Source: Syncephalis fuscata S228
Taxonomy: Eukaryota > Fungi > Zoopagomycota
Assembly (NCBI GenBank): GCA_025786725.1
Contig: JAHLTZ010000006.1
Span: forward strand, 248,001-312,000
Length of the DNA: 64,000 nt
Direction of reading: 5' to 3'
Below, piece after piece: positions 38,059-52,229 of this stretch (positions are counted from its first letter, which is position 1; the number at the start of each line of letters is the position of its first letter). The position numbers and the translations under genes are program-made. The notes beneath the pieces are model-generated. The model did no database searches. It was given only the letters and a program-made list of their open reading frames with translations, and had not been told where the DNA came from.

Positions 38059-38832
38059 ACTTTAAAAATAATAAAGTAATTAAACTAATATACTAAATTA
38101 AAAATAATTAAACTAGCTAAATAACAGGTTTATACGATTTTGATATACTTTGTTTGAATTATACAGTGTTTTTTAGATTGTTAAAATTATTAGACTAAGT
38201 TTTTTTTATTTTGAAACATCTATTTAAAAAATATTGTAAATAATAGCGACGAATATATTTTTTACCTGACTTTAATTAACCAATTAATTAGTCTGTGAGT
38301 AATGATTAACAAATTTCATTTAGTATACATTTTAACACAATGGACTTTTATTAGCACGCATGTTTATGCATTATTATTCTTATTTTTAGCTATATCATCT
38401 GTAAATATGAACATGAATGATGTATAGTTATAGATAAACAAATAACATGATTTGATTCATTTTTAGAACAGCAAAATACAGCGTAAAGTAGTCTGTGTAT
38501 CAAATTAATCAATTCGTTTACTTGACAGGTTTAGTATTTCTAGTGTATTGTTTCTTGCTTAGTGTTTTAGTAAACTACCATGTATATCTTAGTTAAAGGA
38601 TATTTAGACGCTGTTAGTAATTCATTTTATTGTTGGTTACATTCATCTGTGCAATACAAATATTGCTCTCAAAATGATTATAGCGCAGCTACGTGCATTT
38701 GTTAAATGGTGTTATCTGACGCCCTCTTTACTGGGTGCAATGTTGCCAATTTATATAGCTGCATTTTTTTGTCAAAGAGATTAGTTGTCATAATTTATTC
38801 CAGTATACCGCATCTGATATAAGCATTTAAAA

Positions 38833-40293
38833 TATATGCTACAGTGCCATTTTGTTGCAAAAAGCATACATAATATCTTATAAAATCAATGGCTACTTTT
38901 AATAGGCATTGTATCAATTATTTTACAAATGGCAGTTCCACTATGATATTAAACGTTATTGTCATTGTTAATATTGATTTATATTGCCATGACTATTTTT
39001 ATTATTCACGGGATTGGCTTCTATGGTGGTTCTGAACATCTTTAGCTACCAACTTATTTTTCTCGTCGGTATTTAGTTACATGACTTATAAACAATATCG
39101 TATATTTAGTTCTAAAATCTGAAAGAATTTAGCCAAAAACGGCATTCAATTTATGCGCCTTGTTATACTTTATAATACAACCTGGGTCGCCATAACATTT
39201 GTTGTCGCATGTCGGGTATTTTCATAGTTTCTATTTTATTGATTGGCAAGTCTAACTAATTGCAATATTATTTTTAATATCAACGCAAAGCTATGTTAGC
39301 TCAGTTTGTTCAACTATTTTGACTGAGAGCTGCTGTAAAACATACAATGTATTAAGTGAGATGAATCGCCCAAAAACTGAGAGAATGTTTTGCATTCACA
39401 AATACCATCGCCAATATATGAAAAAACAAACATTACTACAACTAACCAACCAGTTATACCATAGCATAATCAACATACTTATATTGTTTGCCAATTTGAC
39501 GATAGTTATATTCTCTAATAAACTAGTTTGGCTATTGTTAAAATGATTCAATACAAATATCATTGTCATAGGTAGTATGTTGGTAAATAGTTAATCATGC
39601 AAATAATGCAGAGCCTTTACATAAGCGTCAAGATGAATAGATTGATAGCTGATGCACATCTAGTTAACATTGTATAGGACTCACGCACACACTACACATT
39701 ATGTATTTGCTATATACTTGGAAGCAGCAATCATAAAAGTAATTTATCCGCTCATTCTAAAGAGTGATGATTTTTGTGATATTGCTAATACGTAATAACG
39801 AGCAGCTTACTATTGTATCAACTCGTCATTTGCATTCAATAATAAACAAATGCTACAAAAAATAATAATATCTACAAGCTATTCTTATGCTCTGATCAAA
39901 TTATGGCTTATTTATGTTTATAGACTATTGTGTTTTTTATTGTATATTAACAACTACATCTAATTGCTGCAAGATCTAAAAGCTATTTAAGCAAGAGTAT
40001 CAGCCGATTTTAGATGATTCATTTCTTTTACTTTATAGCTGGCTTGGTACATTAATTGGTCTGTATCATTCCCCTAAACGTCGCAGTAGTTGTCGATATG
40101 CTGCTTTATGACTAAAGGGATGGCATTATAAACACATATACAATCCATAAATACTATGGGCTATAGTTAGAGTGGCTCATTTATAGTAGCGAGAATGAAG
40201 CGCAATGAAAGAAGACAATATTATTTACATTTTAGTTTATAATGTTTATTTGTTAATAAAATAATTGTGTTTATATATCGATAATGATAGTAA
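38833..40293 (+). repeat. Long inverted repeat, copy B (1461 bp)
   Basis: Inverted copy of 22262-23720; ends ~50 bp from the RAD51B stop codon. Confidence 0.97.
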
Positions 40294-40344
40294 AACTACT
40301 ATTACTACTAATAATAAATGGTGCTAATTTCTATTTTGGTTTAT

Positions 40345-41837
40345 TTATGCTTCAGACATTTCTACAAAACCTGCCGCAGTAATGCTATATTTGAATGTAC
40401 AAACTGCTGCCAACGGGGATTTTAGAACGGATAATTGGCGTGGCACGACTGATTGGTCTTTCTTAATAATAGTTGCTGGTCGACGTAGCTCAATGCGTGT
40501 AGTGATGGCGTGCGACCAAGTATTGCCTAGAGCAGCTATGTTGTAACCATCTAATAATTATAAAAATTCGTTAGAGCATTGATATGTCAATTGACGGCTT
40601 ACTCACCATTGCTTGCATCCGATCGCTCTAAACCAAGAACTGATGGCTGCTGAAACCGGGTAGTTACTTGATTCGTGACTAGTACCTGATACACAATAAG
40701 TGACAATTTAATAATACTGATAACTTACAGGAATCTGTTGTGTTTCGGCAATTTTTCTAATATCACAAATGATTTTCAATAACTAATGGCAAATTAAATA
40801 ATTTATTACTTACTTTAAAATCTTGGCTTCAGCAATAAGAAAATCATTTCGTTCAACGGCATGTTTTTGCGGTGATGTGACTGCCGATGGTGTTTCTATG
40901 CCTGGTGCCCGCACAAGTTCATGACGTACAAGTGCGGCTGTCGAGTCGATAATTACGCAGCATACTTTCTTTTGTTTAATAAAATCCATTAGCGAATTCA
41001 ATCTAAGCAATTGGTGTCAATTATGCATTGGTAAATCATTTCTACTAAGACAAGATGAAGCTACCTTGTTAGCAGCTCGTCAGCACTGCGTATTACCGCG
41101 ACATGAACACGATTTGTTAGACGACGAAGACGAGCCTGATCATTTACAAGCTCAGGAAATCGATGCTGGGCAATTTCCACCAAACTAATATAAGTATTCG
41201 GTTAGCAGCACTCGTTATCTTAATGCAATGCTAATTTTAATTTACCGATCGGCTCGAAAGGTTCGTTCGGTGTCAAAATAGACGACATCACCATGAAGAG
41301 CGCTATCATTTCGGTCGTATGCGGCAAGTACTGCTAATGTATGGCATAATTGCGTTTTGCCACTGCCTGCCTGGGCCACCACCTATGCTACCCAGCAGTG
41401 TATCAGTATATATAAATAATAGTAAATTAGAGTTTATATTTGAGTACTTGCCTCAGTAATCGAGCCACAAGGTAGTCCGCCGCATAAAACACTATCAAGT
41501 GCGCGGTGTCCCGTTGATAGAAAGCCTTGCTGCTCTGCAGCTTCTTCAAACAATTCAAGTGCCTATTGAGGAGCAGTAGCATGTTAGCATGCTATCATTC
41601 TACGCTCAGTTTTCCAACCGTCAAACTTTTAGGAGCCATTAGACGCGATACAGCCAGTAGAATTGTCCGCACTGTCAACAAGTCCCAGTCACACTGCTCT
41701 ACTAGCTCGAATTCAGTTAATACTAAAAGATCGGCACAAGTGATTACGGGCGGCATTAGATTGGCCAAACGTGCCAATTGTGCCGGTAGCAATGGAATGC
41801 TGCCGCGTGTCGCTAGATCTGCTAGTCTGTCGTCCAT
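40345..41837 (-). CDS. RAD51B: RAD51 paralog, RAD51B-like
   Basis: FLSTGHRALDSVLCGGLPCGSITE|VVAQAGSGKTQLC (Walker A), VVYFDTERTF, VIIDSTAALVR (Walker B), VLVTNQVTT, AALGNTWSHAITTR, VLKSP. About 7 introns, one GC-AG. Confidence 0.85.
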
Positions 41838-42602
41838 TATGCGACAAAAGCTGGAATGTGTAATTAGAAAAGTAGAGTAATGCGCTATATTTTGCCAAAC
41901 AATAGTGGTCACTTGGTTTTAATAAACATATACAGTTATAGATTTATTATTCAGTATGCATATATCCTCTATCCACATATGACATTAATATTATATACTC
42001 ATATATGTCAAAATCTATTAATAAAAATATTGTGCTAAACAGACAGCTACTTTAAGTATATTGTAACCAATATACAATAAGTTAATATATTAGAATGGAT
42101 ATACAATGAAAAAGTATAATTAGTTATATTGAAGTCATATTGTGTATAATTTAATGAGTGAAATGAGCGGAATATATTGCAGCATATTAACAATAGAATG
42201 TACCTACTATATCATAAACTGATACGAACGAATGAAGGATATATGCAGACTGAATAATAAATCTATGCTGATGAGTAGTTTAAGCTTTGATGTCACTCGC
42301 CACCCAGTTCCATGTTCAATAACACAAATGACTAGTGCAATTGTATAAATGCTACAAAATGTCTTGCTTTATTGCTGTTTTTGCAGGCATTCTAGCATAT
42401 AATACATATAAAAAACAATATCTATTTATCTATGTTTTATTTTTCTTTTCTTTTGCTTCTGTTTAACATCATGGAAGGGAAGACTGTTTATTGTCAATAC
42501 AGCAATACATAGCAATGTAGGTCGTGTTAATTACTAACTTAATTTATTCATCGTAAATCATTATGATAGCAATAAAACAAGGCAATTATTTAGAGTTTAT
42601 TA

Positions 42603-44769
42603 TTAAGTGTGGGTACAGTCATCTGGTAAAGCATTACAGGCTATATTTGCACTATTACTTGTTGTTGGTAGCGCATTTACACCTAGACCGCGTTTTGAAA
42701 AAGCTCTCCAAATGGCGCAGCGATGGAGACCGTGAGTAAGTAGTTGTTCGGCAAGCAGGATGGCATCACGCGCACTAAGAAACGTGGGCCGACACGGCTG
42801 CAGTTTTAGACCGTCTATGACCAATTGTAAAGCTAATGTATTGCCCCACTGTAAATCGGGACTATCTACTTGATCGGTAACACCAAGCGTATCATCAACA
42901 AGTTGCCAGTACATTTCATAAAGCATTTCGCACCAAATCATACCGGTGTTGTGTGGTTGTTGCCAATAGGTCTCGTTCATAAGTGCATAGTTAAGCGGAT
43001 TGTAAAGTAGATCAGTTGAGTAGTCGTAGAGACGTAGACCACGAGAATTAGCGTAGGTACCTACGTTTAAACCATGTCCTGGCGCGTGTCGGATTGGTGA
43101 CGTGCTTGTTGTTCCGGACGGGCTAACACTTGCCGTCGCTTCAAGCCAGATGGCAACAAAATCGCTCCATCCCTCGGCCATTCCCAGCCCTTCTCCTTCG
43201 GCAAGACAGTCAGAATTGGCCGGTCCTCCTGTCAATCGTGCGGTGAGGCCGTGCGTATACTCGTGGGCCACAACATCATTAAGAAAACCACCGTCTTTTA
43301 GTGGCTGAGTATAGTTGTAAAAATGAATACGCATGCGTGGCCGCTCACCGTCAGGCGGAACAATAATGTCAGCATTATTTGTAGCGCCAGTATCCTGCGT
43401 ATTTGCTAATAAAGCATCGTTTCCTAGACCACCCTTTTCCCAATTACTTTCTTGAAAGTTACCGGCTACTTCGTTAAAGCCATATTGATAAAAAAGATCA
43501 TGCAACTATTAAAAGTAGTTGCACTTATTAGAAGTATTTCATTACTATCGTTATATTAAATTAAATACTTACATAATTGATAAGATAAAATACATTAGTA
43601 ACTGAAGCATTTTGATTAATTGTTGGATCATCGGCTGTCGCGTTGAACGCAAAATCAAACACAAGATTATCGCCGCCATCGGGCCGGTGACCTGCTGCCA
43701 AAAGATCTTTTGTTTGTTCTGCAGCCGACCGATTGGCCAGATTTTCCTGTGCGTAGACATTGTTGCCAATAGTCACGGTAAAATTATGGAAACCGCCATC
43801 ATATTCTTGCTGATGCCAGCCGTGGGGCGATGAGACTTGATTGGCCGGATTTATTACTAGTGTACGCAGGTCAGGCCGAGGATCTTGGGATAAAGCTGGA
43901 ATGACGCAATAAGCATTGCTTAGACTTGCATGATATTGCCAATTGGAAATGGCAAGAACACGCGAACCATCCATAGCAATTTGGACATGATAATGACCGT
44001 TAGCGGTGGCCACTCGATACGACCATACTGGAAGTATATGGTTGATGGTATCGTCATCACTATCACCGTGTAGACCGGCTGCGCTAACCTGCACTGGACC
44101 ACTGGCAAATGGAATATCGCGTAATTCGGTTGTATTAAATTGTGCAGCAACATTTGTCACATTTGACGGCGAATCAACTGGTAATACGTGCAATAACATT
44201 GCTTTGAGGGGCATCTGAGAATTGAATAGCTTGGCTAATGCTCCCAATGCTTGATAAGGTGATACAATCTTGTCTATTGGCGTAAGCTTAGCAATGGGCG
44301 TGTTGTTATCATTGACATGCATTGCTACAGCTGTAGGTTCATTCGTTTCCGTGCAGCTGTGACGTTCTGGCAAGTTGAAACTATTGCTAAAAGCAACCAT
44401 GCAGCCTGTGTCATTGATATGAATACCGGCATCACCATTGATTACCGGTAATTGATCAACTAGCTGCTTAATGTAAATGTGTGTAACGCCCATACTTGAA
44501 GATCGATATTGATTTTTAATTATATAATCTGTGTCTTTTAAACAATAATGTTCAAATAAAAATGATCGGGCAATTTCAACAGGATCAGATGCAGTGCTGG
44601 TGAATAAGCAGGTGCCAATTCTTGGCAATACGTCAAAGACAACAGGTACTGATGGACTAAAGCTTTCTAGTTGAGCCGATACACTAAATACCCGTAAAAA
44701 TAGCACGAATAGCCAAAAATAGCCCGTAGATATATGGCCGAGTAAATTGCACTGCTTGTATGATATCAT
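42603..44769 (-). CDS. Secreted M36 fungalysin metalloprotease with FTP propeptide
   Basis: Signal-like N-terminus; GVTHIYIKQLVDQLPVING (FTP); SPHGWH; TIGNNV; TNVFYLIN|LHDLFYQYGFNEVAGNFQ; HEYTHG zinc motif; GMAEGWSD; GLKLQPCRPTFLSARDAI; FSKRGLG. One intron at ~43507-43571. Confidence 0.95.
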
Positions 44770-45998
44770 AGCGGTGTATGATTGATATCGGCCTATTATT
44801 CTTGAATTTATTTAGCCGTAACTATTATCGTATAAAATATGGCTACAGTGTAGTAAAGCAAGTTTAATCTGTTACCATGTTATTGATATCCGATTGAACA
44901 AATCATTTATTGGTAGGCATTTATAAAACATATTACATCATATAATTTGCTAATTAACACTGAGGAAATGTGTTGTAAAGGAATGCAAAATATTAGTGTA
45001 TGAATAATTGATTTTTTATTTTAAATTCAATAGTCTTTGATGATTAGTATTGGATTGAATAGAATAAAACTAGTACATATAGGCTATATCACTTTTTCAA
45101 TATCAATAGAAACAACCGAGATATCATGAGGCCAAACGCACAGTTTGCATTGGGCCATATTTCTAATAATAGCCACGCCAGGACATAAAAATGGCGTATC
45201 GTCGCAGTCTGAAATATTATAATTGGCCGCCAGGGTTGCCACTTTAATAAGAGGGTTGTTAATAAAACTAATCCACGTTTATTACGTATCTATATTAACG
45301 AAAGAGCAATACAGTGATATCAAAATAATGGCCAACAAAACCACCAAAGAGGCCGAATGTCACCGATGCTATTTGCATTTCTATAAGGAATATGGCCGAG
45401 AACCAATCATAATGGGCCAGCATGTCAGTGTTTTTTCCTTGATAAATTGCCCCGACTTTTGAGTAGGTAGCTGCAGCCATTGGATTACCGATATAATTAA
45501 ACTGCACTGCCTAGGCTAGCATAGCCACCAGTATTGCCAGTATTCGCTGACAGTCAATATGATGAACATCAATGATAACATCACTACATACAAGATAAAG
45601 TGTGTAATCTAACAGTTATTATATCTCCCAATTTCTATTGTAATACATCAATAGCATCATCATTATCATCATCATCGGTAGCCGTATAATAATCAGAGTA
45701 GCATCATCCACATGACACTCCCCTTTTGCTACTGACCAACCAGCGACACTAAAAACACAGCTCTTCTTCTCTTCCTATTGTACCACAGCTTGTCTTTTCA
45801 TCCTCTTCATCATCCTGCACCTGCAGAAACGCACACTTCATCTTGTCTGTCTGCTTACCTTCCAATTTGTGTATTCATTTTTGCTTTTGAACTAGCTTAT
45901 CATCTACTATTATTCATCTTACCTTTTAACAACTATAACCACCACCAGCACCACAACTACAGTCCAGTCTTCTCGGCTCCTTTGGTCTTTTTTTCATC

Positions 45999-47295
<1,297 letters not shown>

Positions 47296-48015
47296 ACACA
47301 CAGACACATATACACACACATACACATAAATCCATACTATTTGGTTGGATATGCTTTCCTATGGTTCAACTTGTAGGCATGCCTATTTTTTTGAAAGTCA
47401 CGATAAATGAGGGCAGATAAATGAGCTAGTACAATGTTTGGGGATATATATATTTTTCTATTTGTTTTGACAATCAAGAAAAACGACATATTAGACGCTC
47501 ACACATCTTGGCGGCCGATATTAGTGCTATGATTGGCCCTTGACGATCTTGGCCAATGCTTGTCGCAGTATCAAGTTTTTTTATTTGTTTTCATTGTCTT
47601 TCACGCTAATGGCGCATGTTTTCATGTCCTGTTTTTGTTTTTACGACGTATGTACGTTTCCCTGTCATTGGTTCTCGATCCATCGTTTCTTATTATTCGC
47701 TTTCGTCATATAGTTTCCTTCCTTGATTTGTGCATTGCATACCTCTATTCACAACACAAATACAACAACAGGCCGTGTAGGTTTGGATCAGATTATCCAG
47801 CCGTCGTTCCTAGTCTATTTTTCGTTATTCATAATTTCAACTGTTTATTCAAAAGTTTCATGAAATTGAGAGAAAGAGAGAAAAGAAAAATGTGCAGATA
47901 CAAATATGTAGTATTAACAACAGCTATCGTGTAATGTATGGATAATTATTCTTTTTACACTAGAAAGAAGGAAAGAAGAAAAGTGCAATGAAGCAAAGTG
48001 TACGATCAATATTGA

Positions 48016-51000
48016 CTAGTTAATTAGCCATTGATTAGCAAATGTAGTAAATTCGTCTAGAGTCATCATTTCATACTATTTAATCATTGATTAACATTGG
48101 TTATAATGCATATTATATACTATATAAATGGATACTTGCCTGGAATATTGGACCTTGTGTACCTAGATAATCTGTAGATGGTCCAGTATCTTTTATTGAA
48201 TTGGTAGGTGGCAAGGGAATTAGTTCACCTATAGCCTTTGGCACTGTTGCAGTTGCGGTGGTTGCCGTTATTGTAGTTGTTTCTGTCGTTGCCGTTGCAG
48301 CAGCTGTCAGTGAATTTTTATTAGAATCACTAACTAGTTCAATGACTCGACGCCATCTTAGTTGATCGGATAGAATCATTGTTTGCTTATTTGATATAGT
48401 CTTAGGTGCCTATACCAATAATAAAAATGATTAATTTAGTGCTGGTAATAAACGCAAGTTATACCGCTTACTGGATGAATGGATAAACGTTGTTCAACCG
48501 CTAACTGTTCAAGTATTTCATATGTTTCAACCGCCCTATTACACATAAATGAGTATCATCAAATAAAAATTAATTGAGTATAGAACTTACCATTGCCATT
48601 CCATGACTGTATGTCGTGTACACGTGACAAGATGGGGATTCTGTATTTTTGTTACTAGATCAACTAAATCAACATGGCTAATGGCTAATGTCCAACTAGG
48701 TAGCTATTTATAATGTTAATCAATCAATATTAAATACTCCGACTACTATTACTATAACAACACTTACCTTATTTAATAAAACGTAAAGATCATCGAGCCA
48801 GCGATAACGTGATAATAGAACAGGTAGCGTGGCCACAATAACGCCACCAGGATAAGAATTTCTTTAACACCCAAATTGCCTAATTGTACACCATATTGAA
48901 TAAATCTTAATGTAGGACGACGTGTTAATGCCCGAAAACCTGGATGAGCGATTAGTGTACGCAATGAAGCGACATGAACCTATAAAGTGTTAAATACTAT
49001 TTACACTACTAGTGTCTAATCTACTCACAATGACTAGACGCAAATTTAATTCGCCTAGATTCTTTGTTTCTGTACTGCCCTCAGGTAGCATTGCTTTAAT
49101 AGCTTGTAGATGTTCACGATCATCGTTTTCACGGAATGAATCATAACTAGCCGTTTTGGGTGGCCCAATAATTGTATAAAGAATTGGCCAGGTTTAACGC
49201 CCTACCATACCAACCATAAGCATTAATAGATACAGCAAGCCATACTTGCCTTTATCGCGAGATCAATATCATGAGCAAATAATTCACGATGACTACTAAT
49301 AGAAGCCATAGGCAGTAGTGAATCATCTGCTAATAGTCTCATTGGATCATTTCTAATTCATTAGTGTAATTATATGACTAATTAGCAATTTAAAGGTGTA
49401 TATAAACATGTAGCTTACCTGAATCTTCTTGACTGTACACCACTGGCCATTAGTGCCATAATAAGCGGGGTCTGGCTGTCAATAAAATAGGATGGAACGG
49501 CCTTTGATAGTGTTGGAAACCAACGAAGCATAGTATGAAGTGGCATCAATGCAAATACTTTATCGCTAGACACAATAATACCAACCTATAAATAAATAAA
49601 TTAGTAATTCAATTTACACAATATAGAAATGACTTACCGACTCTCGTTGTGTAAGGAATTGGGAGAGCCGTGTCAATACAAAATGATAAGATGTTTCATT
49701 TGGATCGGACATCTCCGGCGACTGTAGTGCAATCATGATAGGCAAATTATTTTCACCTACCACGGCACTTTGTAGAAATGATTCCGATATGGCATTGGGA
49801 AATAAATAGCGTACACGTAACGTGCAATCCGGCGCTCTACACCACATTACATTAAATGAATACTAATATTGATGATATAAAGACGACAGGACACTTACAG
49901 AATAGAATGGGCTTCTAATTCATCATCAGATACACCGTAAAGCCAGGTCGCTTTACACTGACACGCTTGTTGGCCAGTGCCACAAAATAGTTCAATATAA
50001 ATACTCGGCGGTGTTGATAGAATGGGATCATAACTACTATCGTCATAGTGTGGATGCTGGATATCGCCACCACTGCCACCCGTACTAGTGGTACTAGCCC
50101 CACCATCACTACTAATACGCTCCATAACCGAACTTAATAATGACTCTAATTTAATGACTGTCAATATGTAAATTGTTTAAATTAACTATTCTTTTACCTT
50201 CAAATGGGCGCTGTGGACTAGAAAGTGTAGAATAAATAGTATCAGGCGCTGAATATGGCTTTGGTTTTGGTCTAGCCGACAAAGATAATAATTGCTGTTC
50301 CTCGATTAAAGTTGGTGTAGTGGCTCGTTCGTGTTTAATTATTGCCGACGGACTACCCGAACTATACGGTTCATTACCAGGTGAAGATGAGTAACCTTTA
50401 TTATGATTATAATTATAGTAGTATAATATAGTTATTTATTTTATTATATATTATATATTAATTATTAACATAGTGAAGATTAATACAATGTTTATAACTT
50501 ACTTGGATCACGTACGCGCTTCGGTATACGATAATCAATAACGTTTGATTGTAATCAAGTGCCACTGGCGACATGACTCGCTTTTTACGTTCTGGCGCAT
50601 GCCAATCAATTGATTTATCTTTACGTGATGTTGTTGGCTTGCGCGTCGTCCTTTCCTTCCCCGTATGCATTACTGATCCATTACGATCATTCAACCTTTT
50701 CTTTAATTGTTCCCGTTCATGCTTTTCACGATAATCATCATCATCATCATCATCATTATGACGACCATCGTCACTTGGTGAACTAGGAAGAAATTCCGGC
50801 ATACTTTCCATTGGTTTATGGCTTTTAGGTATTAGTATTTCTTCTGATTTTACACTAACTATAGTCGGTGATGATATCGATGATGGCTTTGTATTAGTCG
50901 ATTTCATAGATTTAGATTCATTTCTAAATGATAATCTATATAATGGTGAATTTACAGTACTATGACTACCATTATTATTACTAGTACTGGCACCACCATT

Positions 51001-51893
51001 AATAGCGCCACTATTATTATCATCATTATCCTTTACAGTTCGTGTGGTTGTAGCTGCCTTCTTCTTTACTATTCGTGCTTTCCCTTTTACAGCCGATTCA
51101 TCTTGTTTATCCTCTTCAATTGCCGTATTTTCCACTTTCTTTTCTTCTTCTTCTTTAAATGTTACAGTTAATGGTTTTTGTTTCACAGTATGTTGTGTTG
51201 ATGGATAATGACTATCATGACCAGATTCACTATTATCAGACACTATTTTACTTGTTTTTGTTCGAGCCTTCCTTTCTTTTCTAGCTACTACAGGCTTTAC
51301 TATCTCATCCGTAGTCTCTTCTATTTTAATCGGTAATGGTTCTTCAAATAAAAACTTTGGTGGTACTACGTTCATTGTTTTTGCCCATCCATTAATGTAC
51401 TTTTCTCGTCTTCTCATTAGATTATGGTCATTATTCTCTTTCCAGAACTGTTCAAGTAGTTCTTCAGAATTGGCCATATGTCCTTCAGGTTCCCATCTAT
51501 TATTTACACACACATATATACATATTAGTATATGGTATATTTAGTAATCTTATAATACCAGTAATAATAACAGTATTTTTATATATCGACCAATATTACT
51601 ATTGTTGTTAATAGATTAGCTACTTACGTCGGTCGGTCATAGCCTTTCCATTTTATTAAATAGCGCGGTCCCTATTCAATTTAGATAGTAGACTGGTCAG
51701 TATACAAATCCATTGTTACAGGCCATTAGTCACTGTATTATCATACCGTGCTTGGTACACCCATGGCGAGAATGCCTTCTACTTCAAACTCTTCTTCATA
51801 GGTGACAGGAGCCTCTGGACTAGATGACCGACTAGCCTTGGTCGTTTTCTTTGAATTAGACGTGTTTTTTCTTGTAGTTGATTTATTTGGCAT
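48016..51893 (-). CDS. N-terminal chromodomain protein with a large C-terminal globular region, possibly Chp1-like (SPOC plus PIN-like)
   Basis: EEEFEVEGIL...RYLIKWKGYDRP|.WEPEGHM (aromatic cage); long charged linker; C-terminal LVIVHVASL...GFRAL..RPTLRFIQYG...EIL(Y)PGGVIVAT. About 11 introns, two with GC donors. Frameshifts at ~49163 and ~48857. Confidence 0.75.
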
Positions 51894-52229
51894 GATGGTT
51901 CAACATGAATTCAATACGAAAAGCTTCAATGAAATAAGAAAGTTAATAATAGATTTATTTATAATTGATTCACAAATCATCACCATCATCATCATCATCT
52001 TTGTTCAATCATTTGAATAGTGTAAATAATGCTATTTATTTATTTAGTAACAATAATAGCAAACTGTTTAAATAATTTAAATTGCTTAAATTGTTCAAAT
52101 GACAATACTGATGTGAATGATTTAGTGTGATTTAAATAATGATGCTGATATCAATTTATTTAATAAAAATAATAATAATAAAATAATATATATTTTAATC
52201 AAAAGCAAGTATTAAGAGAAAAAAGAAAA

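Noticed and set aside
17495-40293. Mating-type locus (homeobox gene, RNA helicase and inverted repeats nearby)
   Set aside because: No HMG-box sexP/sexM, triose-phosphate transporter, pheromone or Ste2/Ste3 receptor gene is visible. The homeobox lies outside the repeats and the helicase is housekeeping SUV3.
22262-40293. Giant cargo transposon (Starship or Pack-MULE) with 1.46 kb TIRs
   Set aside because: No tyrosine recombinase or transposase, no target-site duplication at the outer ends, and the cargo is intron-rich housekeeping genes. Retained only as an inverted duplication.
45120-45480. Recurring GGCC motifs and ORFs 45223-45462 / 45295-45507
   Set aside because: No periodicity or domain; consistent with ordinary promoter sequence between the M36 gene and RAB11.
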